Source of the DNA: a virus
Taxonomy: Duplodnaviria; Caudoviricetes
DNA: 55,172 nt
Strand: one strand, 5' to 3'
Virus record (IMG/VR): IMGVR_UViG_3300044982_000113
Coordinates: 1 to 55,172 of that record
Of this stretch, positions 47,457 to 55,172 are shown piece by piece; position 1 is the first letter of the stretch, and every line of letters starts with the position of its first letter. The notes beneath the pieces are model-generated. The model ran no database searches and had not been told where the DNA came from. It saw nothing but the letters and a program-made list of their open reading frames with translations. The position numbers and the translations under genes were made by a program.

Positions 47457-48005
47457 TTAGTCTTCGAGAGGATCGTAATCCGGTTCGAAGTGGTTGAGCT
47501 CGCCCACGGCCTCGGCGAACTCCATCGCCGCCTGCTCCTCGTTGTGTGGAGGATCATCCATCACGGCGACCCGCTGCTTGGGCAACTCGACCCAGCGGCC
47601 ACCCTTTATGGTGAGGTTGTGTCGCTTGGCTCGCTCGGCGATGGAGGTTGTGGCGCGAACTCGGATGTCATCGTCATCCAGCGCGGTGCCGGTGAGGCCC
47701 GCCTCAGCAAGGGCCTTGGCAGTCTTGGCTCGCTCCCTGGGCGCCTCGGGCTTCGGGGTGAGGCGTGGGGCCCTCGGCATGGTGCTGGTGCTGCTGGAGC
47801 GATTCCTGCGCTGCTTGGTGGAGCTCCAGGCATCGAACTCGGCCTTGATTGCCGGCAGGTCAGTCTCGGGGAAGTCATACCGAGCGCCCTGGCCAACGGC
47901 CTTGTACTTGGTGTTCGGGTCTCTGAGGAACTTGCGTAGCTGCTTGGCGTCGGTGCCGATCCGCGTTGCTACCTGCTTCGCGGAATACGTACGAGGTTCT
48001 GTCAT
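47457..48005 (-). CDS. Winged-HTH-like DNA-binding protein
   Basis: 'YSAKQVATRIGTDAKQLRKFLRD'; own promoter TTGACT-N17-TAGCAT (48086-48058). Confidence 0.8.
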   Translation of the reverse strand: MTEPRTYSAKQVATRIGTDAKQLRKFLRDPNTKYKAVGQGARYDFPETDLPAIKAEFDAWSSTKQRRNRSSSTSTMPRAPRLTPKPEAPRERAKTAKALAEAGLTGTALDDDDIRVRATTSIAERAKRHNLTIKGGRWVELPKQRVAVMDDPPHNEEQAAMEFAEAVGELNHFEPDYDPLED

Positions 48006-48119
48006 TGAAATCACCCTCCTCGGTCAGTAGGTGGTGGATCGTGCGATGGTAGGAATGATGCTATAGTACTTCGTTCCGACAGTCAAGGTGCGATGAAGAG
48101 GCAGCATTGAACGAGACGG

Positions 48120-48386
48120 TCAAAGTTCTCGGCTAAGCGGGTTGAAGGGTTCCATCAGGCTCTCAGCGATCTGACGAATCTCCATGCGCTCGGTTTCCGT
48201 CCAGTTCAGCCCGTAGATGAAGAAGAACTCCAGGTTGATTTCTCCCTGGCTGATGCCCTGGAAGTCGAAGTTGAGCGAACCGCAGTTGGGGCAGGCGTCG
48301 AGTTCCGCGCAGAACCAGTCCTGCACGATCCTCGGCTTCATGAAGAAGGTGTAGCAACCATCACAGCGGAAGATGGGACCAAGCAT
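48120..48386 (-). CDS. Zinc-ribbon protein
   Basis: CDGC and CPNCGS; promoter TTGACC-N17-TAAGGT (48444-48416). Confidence 0.75.
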   Translation of the reverse strand: MLGPIFRCDGCYTFFMKPRIVQDWFCAELDACPNCGSLNFDFQGISQGEINLEFFFIYGLNWTETERMEIRQIAESLMEPFNPLSREL

Positions 48387-48496
48387 TTGGTGCCTCCTCG
48401 ATCGTTGGTGGTGTCACCTTATTCTCTCCCGCATGACGGGTCAAGGCTTGTGCCGACACCAATCGACCCCCACCGAAGCAGGGGCCGTGGTGTGGA

Positions 48497-48688
48497 TCAA
48501 GTCTGGCGCGGATAGACAGCCTCGATGGCGGTCAGCACCCGGTTCTTAACGTCGCTGACCAGGCCGGATGCCTCGTCGACCACGAACTTCGGATTGTCGC
48601 CGTAGTGCTGAGGGATCTCGCAGGAGAATCCCTCGATCTCTCCGTCGGCCCTCTCGATCATGACGTTGATCGTGGCGATGATCTTCAT
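48497..48688 (-). CDS. Hypothetical protein
   Basis: RBS GGAGG. Confidence 0.7.
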   Translation of the reverse strand: MKIIATINVMIERADGEIEGFSCEIPQHYGDNPKFVVDEASGLVSDVKNRVLTAIEAVYPRQT

Positions 48689-48689
48689 A

Positions 48690-49103
48690 CTATACCTCCG
48701 GAGGAGTGTTGATGTTCTCGGGCCAGGTGAAGGGGAAGATGGGCCCCATCTTCCAAGCGGCGGCGATCCGCTGGATGTAGTCCACACCATCCTTGGTGAG
48801 CGAGACGAAGTCGATGCCCGGGCCGATGTCGTCATCGTCGTAGCACATGGTTTCGGAGATGATGATCACGTTGCCGGCGATCTCACCGATGTAGCCGGCA
48901 AGGAGACGGCCCATTTTGTTCGGTCGGCCGGTCTCGAGGGAATTGTCGTCGACCACCGCGACAACATTGTTGCTTCTAGTGATCGGGGTGTTCACCCTTT
49001 CGGGGGACTCAATGCCTGCCTGTTCCATGATCCCCCGACGGGTGTCCGAGGTGATCCAGTCACTCGTGTCGTCCGGCCGGATGAGGAAGGCCAAGAACGT
49101 CAT
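48690..49103 (-). CDS. DUF3846-like hypothetical protein
   Basis: 'VVDDNSL..G.PN..G..L....IAGNVII'; RBS AAGGAG. Confidence 0.6.
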   Translation of the reverse strand: MTFLAFLIRPDDTSDWITSDTRRGIMEQAGIESPERVNTPITRSNNVVAVVDDNSLETGRPNKMGRLLAGYIGEIAGNVIIISETMCYDDDDIGPGIDFVSLTKDGVDYIQRIAAAWKMGPIFPFTWPENINTPPEV

Positions 49104-49162
49104 GGTGAGGCTCCTTGTTGAGGTAGGGCATTGTTGCCCATGCCTCAATCATGGTGCATCCA

Positions 49163-49381
49163 CTATCCGGCGTCAAGGCTACCCGAGCAGCAAGTCGGGG
49201 CTGTTCCGTCGGTCAAAGGATTCCCGCACGCCTCGCAACCGATCTGCGACCCAGTTTGAGACTCCGGCGCTTCGACGACCGAACAAGCCCCGCTGAACGG
49301 GTCCACGATGACGTCCACCGGAGTGATGCTGTACCTGACCCACCGGTGCTTCTTCGTTGTGTGGGGTGCCAAAGAGCTCAT
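49163..49381 (-). CDS. Small Cys-containing protein
   Basis: RBS GAGGA; CEAC. Confidence 0.6.
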   Translation of the reverse strand: MSSLAPHTTKKHRWVRYSITPVDVIVDPFSGACSVVEAPESQTGSQIGCEACGNPLTDGTAPTCCSGSLDAG

Positions 49382-49398
49382 TGCGTATGTTCCTCAGA

Positions 49399-49995
49399 TC
49401 AGCGAGTATTGCGTCGAAGCTTCTTGTTGATGGTTCGGGGGTCGTAGCCGACTGGACGGGCAGAACCCGCCGTACTGCGGACAAACGCTTCACGTGCCCC
49501 ACAGATAGTGCAACGCCGGTCGGAGGGGTCGATGATGTCGGCGATGTCAGTCCCTCGGAGGAGATGGTGAGTGCGAAACCAGCGGAAGACAGTGGGACGA
49601 CGGCAGTAAGTGCACCAGATGTGGGCTTCTTCGGAAGCGGGCACTCGAGGCTTCCATACGACGAGTGCGGTTTTCTGAACGAGCTGGCCGCCGGGCGACT
49701 TGGCCATGACGGGCTTTCCACCCTTAGTGACCTTGACGATTCGAGCCGGAGGAGCGTAGGCGACACCTCGCGACTGGATGGCGCCGTCATGTAGCTTTCC
49801 ACCGCGGAGGTAAGGTCGGAGGAATCGGAATGCATCGGCATACTTCTCGAACTCCTTCTTGGCCCAGGGGCCATCGGCCTCACGCTGAATGATGAGGCGC
49901 CAGGGTTTCTGACCGGCCCTCACCTCCAGCTTCGGAACGGTGAGGAAGAACTCCTTGTATCGAGGATCCGTCAGGAGCTCAGGCAGTGTAAGCAT
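49399..49995 (-). CDS. Hypothetical protein with C-terminal zinc finger
   Basis: WCTYCRRP...CTIC; promoter TTGACA-N18-TAGTAT (50063-50034). Confidence 0.8.
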   Translation of the reverse strand: MLTLPELLTDPRYKEFFLTVPKLEVRAGQKPWRLIIQREADGPWAKKEFEKYADAFRFLRPYLRGGKLHDGAIQSRGVAYAPPARIVKVTKGGKPVMAKSPGGQLVQKTALVVWKPRVPASEEAHIWCTYCRRPTVFRWFRTHHLLRGTDIADIIDPSDRRCTICGAREAFVRSTAGSARPVGYDPRTINKKLRRNTR

Positions 49996-50175
49996 GTATA
50001 TGCCCTCGGTCGGTGGTGCTTGGTGATGCACTGATACTATGCTTGGGCAGTACTGGTTGTCAACGAACCGAGCGCTCTTACTGGCAAGGCCTTTCCCGTG
50101 CAGATGGGAAATGGTTGATTGGTCTGATAGGGTGCTACAGATCGACCAACCAACTACTGACGTGAGGATAGGATT

Positions 50176-50427
50176 GTGGCCATCGTCCGGCCCGAGAAAA
50201 TGCCCGAGGATCTGGATGCCCTGGATGAATGGTTGGTGAAAGCCTACAACCGGGGCAAGGAAGACGGCCGAGACAAGCTTTGGGAGCAGATCAAGGCTTT
50301 CCTGCTCAAGGAGTTCTTGTACTCCAAGGGTCGTAATCGCCGCGCCGACATGGAAAACCCGCGAACCTTCGCAACCAACGAGGTCATGAGGAAGCTCTAC
50401 GCGGCTTACGAGGACGGAAGTCTGTGA
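50176..50427 (+). CDS. Hypothetical protein
   Basis: GTGA overlap with the primase gene. Confidence 0.7.
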   Translation: MAIVRPEKMPEDLDALDEWLVKAYNRGKEDGRDKLWEQIKAFLLKEFLYSKGRNRRADMENPRTFATNEVMRKLYAAYEDGSL

Positions 50428-52445
50428 AACCAGCTCTCGACCACGCCAAAGCGCTTCGTATTATCTCGCGTGCGTGGGGTAAGCAAGACGGATATGCCTT
50501 CTTTCCACACATCGACCGTGAGGAGCAGGTTCGGTCGGGTGAACGGCGGGCGGGGTTTCATGAGAACCGTGCCTTCAAGTGGCCGCAGGAGAAAGCGGCT
50601 ATCCTGAAACACATGGAGGCTCATGAGACCCATGACCTCTATTGGTGTCCCTCACTGTTTGAGGGCACCGAACGCAAGACCGAGCTCGCCATGGATGAAC
50701 ATGCCTTGTGGGCTGACCTCGACGAGGCCAATCCCAAGAAACTGCATGGGGAAACCGACTTCAAGCCTACGATCGCCTGGGAAACCTCACCTGGTCGATA
50801 TCAAGGTCTCTGGGTTGGCAACCCGGTCATGGGCGACTTCCAGGGTGTTAGTTGGCCTGGCAACGAAAACCAACGACTCAGCTATCACCTCGGTGCGGAC
50901 AAAAGCGGTTGGGACACCACCCAATTGCTGCGTTTCCCGGGTTGGCCTAACTACAAGCCCGAGTACAAGAAGCGCGGTCAACCGGCTCCCGGGAAACTCC
51001 TTTGGGACCGCGGGCCGATGTACTCCATCGAGGACTTCAAGGAACTGCCAGCAGTTGCTGGAGCTCTCACTGCGGATAAACTCGGCGATATCCTGACCGA
51101 TGAGATCGACGCGGTCGATATCACCAAGGTCAAAGCTCGGGTTAAGCTGAAGTTGAACCAGCGAGCTCGGGATTTGCTTGGTGCCCGACACGTCGCCGGC
51201 GACCGAAGCGAAAACCTCTGGTATCTCATCCGTTGCCTGGCCGATGCGGGTTGCACGGTCCAGGAGATCGTCGCCATCGCTCGGGCTTCGGTGTGGAATA
51301 AGTTCGATGGTCGCAGCGATGAGATCAAGCGCCTGATCACCGAAGCGATGAAGGCCATCGATCAGCGCGATCCGGAAGTCTCAGAGAAGATTGAGGAAGA
51401 GGAGGCACCCAAGAATCGCCCCTCACGCATCGCCGCTTTTCTCAAGGACGTCAAGCCGCCACGGTGGCTCGTCGAGGGCATTGCCACCGAAGGTTCCGTC
51501 GGGTTTATCGCGGGTCAACCCAAGTCATTCAAATCGTGGTTCGGCCTCGACCTCGCCATTTCAGTTGCCACTGGGGCGATGTTCCTGGACTACTTTCGGG
51601 TTGTGAAGCCTGGACCAGTGCTCTACATCCAAGAAGAAGACTCGGCGATCACGGTCAAAAGCCGGGTACGCAAGGTGTGGAACAGCAAAACCGTTGACCG
51701 GATGCGCCTCCACACCAACGGTCACGATGTCATCTGGGAACCGGGCAACTCCCGAAACTTCGACCCGGACATCGACATTTACCTCCAAGAGGGTTTCATC
51801 GTCAGTGAGGGTCACTGGCAGGAATGGCTCGATGAGACTCTCACGGCAGGTATGGATGGTGTACCATATGTTCTGGTTATCATCGACACGCTGATGAACG
51901 TTGCCGGCGATGTTGAGGAGAATAAGAGCCAGAGCATGACCACCAAGATCTTCAAGCCCGTTAAGTTGCTCTGCCGCAAACACGCCGTCTCACTCCGCTT
52001 TATCCACCATATGGGCAAAGGTGGCGGGGACAATGATACTCGTCGCGGTGGACAGAAAATGCTAGGTGGCACGGCGAACCATGCCTGGGCTGAGGATAGT
52101 CTCTACCTGAGCCGCGGCAAAACCGGCACCATCCATATGGAGTTCGAGTCTAAGTCTGCCCCCGAAAAACAGTACACCATCAGCGGGTTGGATAATCGAG
52201 GCTGGACCCCCTACTTCGAGCCCGAAAAGCCCAAGAAAGAGCCTGTGCCGACTTCTCGCGGACGTAAACCCCGAACTGCCCGCACCAACCCCACGCTGGA
52301 TCTGCTGCAGCAAGGGGGTACCCTCCACACAAACGATATTGCCACCCAACTCAACCGACAGTATGGGCCAACCTATAAGTCGCTCCGAGCTCTCGAGGCT
52401 CAAGGCAAGGCTCACAGGACGGTGAATGGCTGGCAAGCTACCTAA
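50424..52445 (+). CDS. Primase-helicase (RepB/AEP-like primase, helical domain, RepA/AAA_25 helicase, C-terminal wHTH)
   Basis: WADLD, ETSPGRYQ, LRFPG, DRSE, GQPKSFKS, IIDTL and IHH motifs. Confidence 0.92.
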   Translation: MKPALDHAKALRIISRAWGKQDGYAFFPHIDREEQVRSGERRAGFHENRAFKWPQEKAAILKHMEAHETHDLYWCPSLFEGTERKTELAMDEHALWADLDEANPKKLHGETDFKPTIAWETSPGRYQGLWVGNPVMGDFQGVSWPGNENQRLSYHLGADKSGWDTTQLLRFPGWPNYKPEYKKRGQPAPGKLLWDRGPMYSIEDFKELPAVAGALTADKLGDILTDEIDAVDITKVKARVKLKLNQRARDLLGARHVAGDRSENLWYLIRCLADAGCTVQEIVAIARASVWNKFDGRSDEIKRLITEAMKAIDQRDPEVSEKIEEEEAPKNRPSRIAAFLKDVKPPRWLVEGIATEGSVGFIAGQPKSFKSWFGLDLAISVATGAMFLDYFRVVKPGPVLYIQEEDSAITVKSRVRKVWNSKTVDRMRLHTNGHDVIWEPGNSRNFDPDIDIYLQEGFIVSEGHWQEWLDETLTAGMDGVPYVLVIIDTLMNVAGDVEENKSQSMTTKIFKPVKLLCRKHAVSLRFIHHMGKGGGDNDTRRGGQKMLGGTANHAWAEDSLYLSRGKTGTIHMEFESKSAPEKQYTISGLDNRGWTPYFEPEKPKKEPVPTSRGRKPRTARTNPTLDLLQQGGTLHTNDIATQLNRQYGPTYKSLRALEAQGKAHRTVNGWQAT

Positions 52446-52798
52446 ATCGGACTACACTTACGCGCGCATGGGGATAGTTGGTCATCGACATGTAGAACAA
52501 TATTAAGGACCTCAACGCGAGCGCGCGCGCACCCGCACATATTTACTCATACAGTTAGCGAAGCTAACATGTATTAGAGTCAATATGACCAACTATAACA
52601 ATGTCAACCAACTATTCCCTCGCCATCGGTGGGAACCCGTTATTGCCTTATTGATCCCCCGGCCACCCCGCTCCGCGGGGCCGCGTCGACCAACAAAACA
52701 ACAAAGTGATCTCCTCGGCGAGGATAAACAGGAATGGGCACCACAACCAATTGCCACCCGACCTTGCTACCGGCTGGCAGCGCCGATAAGGTACCACC

Positions 52799-53032
52799 AT
52801 GATGATTCGCGCCTTCCTGACATCGCTCGCCACCTTCACCACCGCGGCCATCACGGGGTTCAACATAACCTCATTCTGGTGGATCTACCTGACGGTCGCC
52901 GCCACCATCTGGTACTATCTCCGGCCCCAGACTGACCCCACGATGCTCTTCACGATAAACGGGGAAACCGGGGAAACCAAGATCCAGCCGCAGGACAAGG
53001 CTTACCAGCAGTACATGAACACCCGCAAGTAG
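52799..53032 (+). CDS. Small membrane protein
   Basis: Two hydrophobic segments; RBS AAGG. Confidence 0.6.
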   Translation: MMIRAFLTSLATFTTAAITGFNITSFWWIYLTVAATIWYYLRPQTDPTMLFTINGETGETKIQPQDKAYQQYMNTRK

Positions 53033-53090
53033 AAGTAGCAGAAGTAGATAACAGCGGGTTCGGGAACAGAATAGCACGGAGGTTGAGGCT

Positions 53091-53591
53091 TTGTCCTCTC
53101 AGCACGATGACGCCGTCCGGTCTCGCATCGCCGAGATTCGGGCGGCGGCTGGCGTCCCACACGCACAGGTCTCCATGGAGGTTATGTACTTTTTGCCCCA
53201 GCGGTTCATAAGGGCATACGGAGAGATGTTCACCCGCGCCGTCAAATCCGACGCTGGCGAGAGTAGTCGGCATGATGCTCAGATCGATGGGGCAAAGGTC
53301 GGCAAAACCGCAGTCAGGAAGACTGGCGCTGGACCGACGGTTCAGGGTGGGGGAAAGCGGTACAAGAAGAGCTTCGTGGTCATGGACGAGAAGGCTCTTG
53401 ACGCCAAGCAGACCATCGACAAGAGACTTCGACAGATTGCTCGGGAAATCGAGATGATGCTGTCGGGTGGCTCTGACGGGGTCGGGGGAGTTGAACCGAC
53501 TCGATGCGGTTCGTGTGGAATCATCACGAAGCCCGAGTGGCGCTACTGTCCTCGGGATGGAACCGACTTGAGTGTGACGGCTACTGACTAA
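53091..53591 (+). CDS. Hypothetical protein with C-terminal zinc ribbon
   Basis: RBS GGAGG; CGSC...YCPRDG. Confidence 0.75.
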   Translation: MSSQHDDAVRSRIAEIRAAAGVPHAQVSMEVMYFLPQRFIRAYGEMFTRAVKSDAGESSRHDAQIDGAKVGKTAVRKTGAGPTVQGGGKRYKKSFVVMDEKALDAKQTIDKRLRQIAREIEMMLSGGSDGVGGVEPTRCGSCGIITKPEWRYCPRDGTDLSVTATD

Positions 53592-54727
53592 CCGTCAATC
53601 GTTTTGGAAGCTCTCCTAAGGCGCGGGCAATCAGTGGGCTGATAGAATTAATTGACTCGCTGATCCGCGCCTTTAGAGCGTGCTTATAGGTATGATAGGA
53701 GATCATCTGATTGCGACTCGATGATGAGTCGATCGGTGATTGTGCCGTTAGTGATCTTGATGGTTGGGATTGTGAGTGATGTCTACATGAGGTACTGATC
53801 CGTGATTTCGGGGTTAGGTTGATCGACGTGGGATGAGTTGAGGGTCCGGGTTTTGTACACTGTGGTGCCGCGTGCTTCGGGGATTTTCCGTGATAATCGG
53901 ACTTGCGGTCCGTGTCATGGTTTGATAGGTGGTTTCGGGAAGGGTTAAATTAGCTCCACATCACTTCCAACGTTTACTGTTGTTTGTGTTCCTACGTTGT
54001 ATCTGTGCCAAAAGCCGACTGGAGCTCTTTTTAACACTCCGTGGAGGACTCGAGGATTTTCGGGGAAATTTCCTTTGAATTTCGCGGAGAAATTCTTCCA
54101 GGCTTTGCAACGAAAAGTTTTGAGGTTTTTTCTGGGATATTTCTGCGATCCTGGGGTAAAAACATGCCAGAGTCTACCACGATTTTGCCAGGAAAGCTCT
54201 GTCAAGTTGTCTAGGAAACCACGTAGGAAATATCCCCGAACTATATAGTCCGTTGGGGAGTCGACACCTTTCCTGCTCATTGCTGTTTGCCGGCGCATGA
54301 TCGGATCATCAACACACGTCAAGACACTTTTTCATGATCCAAAATCGCTTCTGACGTTCATGATCGGTCTGATCTTGACGGTGGAATGTATAAATGATCT
54401 TGACGGGGTAATTCCATCGAGATTCGACAGAGTTTTTTCGCGATCGGCCGGACGGACGACGACGCGTATCAAAAAACGTAGCAAAAATGGACTTTGGAAA
54501 AGCTCCCCGATGTCGTACCATCCCAAACCTGGAAGTATCGGATAGATCGACGGAATCGGACATTTGCCATGTTGCCGGCGATTGCTTCCAAAACGGACAT
54601 TGGTGACATCCTTTCCGTATAGGTTGTATGGGGTGGTATAGGATAATGCTATCATCTCCCGTCATAGGGACTAAAACATCCGTCAAAAAGATCTTGTAAA
54701 CCCGTCCGTTTTGACAGTGTATGGGGA

Positions 54728-54756
54728 TTGACGGCGTCGCGCGCATGCATTAGAAT
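54728..54756 (+). promoter_or_regulatory. sigma70-type promoter, probably leaderless
   Basis: TTGACG-N17-TAGAAT; ATG at 54763. Confidence 0.8.
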
Positions 54757-54762
54757 GGGGGT

Positions 54763-55074
54763 ATGACAAACGATGAGGGATTCCCCGCAATCATGACACT
54801 CTCCGATCACTGCACGGGACCCAACAAGAAATGCCGTGCTGATCATCGTGCGGGACGATCAGTACACGTAATCCCCGTATGGGACGCCGATCTCCCGACA
54901 CTGATCATGCCGAGTTGGCATTTCCACACAACGGACGAAGGGATCGATTCGCTGCAAATCGCCTGGAAAACGGCGATCAGGGTCAAAACGGACAATGATC
55001 TCTTTGACGCCAGAAGGGACGGAATGCCCCATATCCTCCCGATTGGGTGGATTGACCCCGAACGCCGTCGATAG
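54763..55074 (+). CDS. Hypothetical early protein
   Basis: Leaderless ORF running into the terminal overlap. Confidence 0.7.
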   Translation: MTNDEGFPAIMTLSDHCTGPNKKCRADHRAGRSVHVIPVWDADLPTLIMPSWHFHTTDEGIDSLQIAWKTAIRVKTDNDLFDARRDGMPHILPIGWIDPERRR

Positions 55075-55172
55075 GGATAAAACGCTCGACGCCCCCTGAC
55101 GGGGGCTGAGAGCTAGATCATTTGCCGAGGAATGCTAGCATACGCCGACGGATGATCATGCCTCAGATCGCC
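55046..55172. repeat. 127-bp terminal overlap, right copy
   Basis: Identical to 1-127. Confidence 0.95.

Noticed and set aside
55046-55172. 127-bp terminal direct repeat as the biological genome end
   Set aside because: The length equals a common assembler k-mer and it starts inside a coding region; it indicates a circular contig, not physical termini

Overview
This window appears to be one complete, circularly assembled genome (about 55,045 bp) of a lytic, GC-rich actinobacterial siphovirus. Bases 1-127 are repeated exactly at 55046-55172, which looks like an assembly overlap. A Streptomyces-like host is inferred from HrdB-type promoters and the endolysin. No integrase or repressor cassette was seen. 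Layout: promoter-gene-hairpin early cassettes between two AT-rich non-coding blocks (54.7 kb through the junction to 2.5 kb); small hypotheticals; TerS, JAB peptidase, TerL, portal, scaffold and capsid; neck and tail; lysis genes; tail fibre; a leftward unit with an acidic/PAKK HTH-like gene followed by a tRNA/tmRNA-like RNA; SNF2 helicase; a nucleotide-metabolism cluster; PolA; recombination genes; leftward early genes; primase-helicase. The strongest candidates for new biology are: (1) a pyrimidine-modification cluster with two divergent thymidylate-synthase-fold genes, both with Asp at the dUMP/dCMP specificity position, plus a kinase, NTP pyrophosphatase, dCMP deaminase and a PolA fused to a degenerate UDG domain; (2) a ~140-nt non-canonical tRNA/tmRNA-like RNA; (3) a genome-wide, strand-biased GGTGTGGA octamer (about 40 copies by eye); (4) a shared (I/L)(I/L)G(F/Y)DG motif in the scaffold and capsid leaders, with a JAB peptidase as the only evident head protease; (5) a +1 UUU_CGU tail-chaperone frameshift. 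All functional calls come from motif recognition and synteny; no database search was run.
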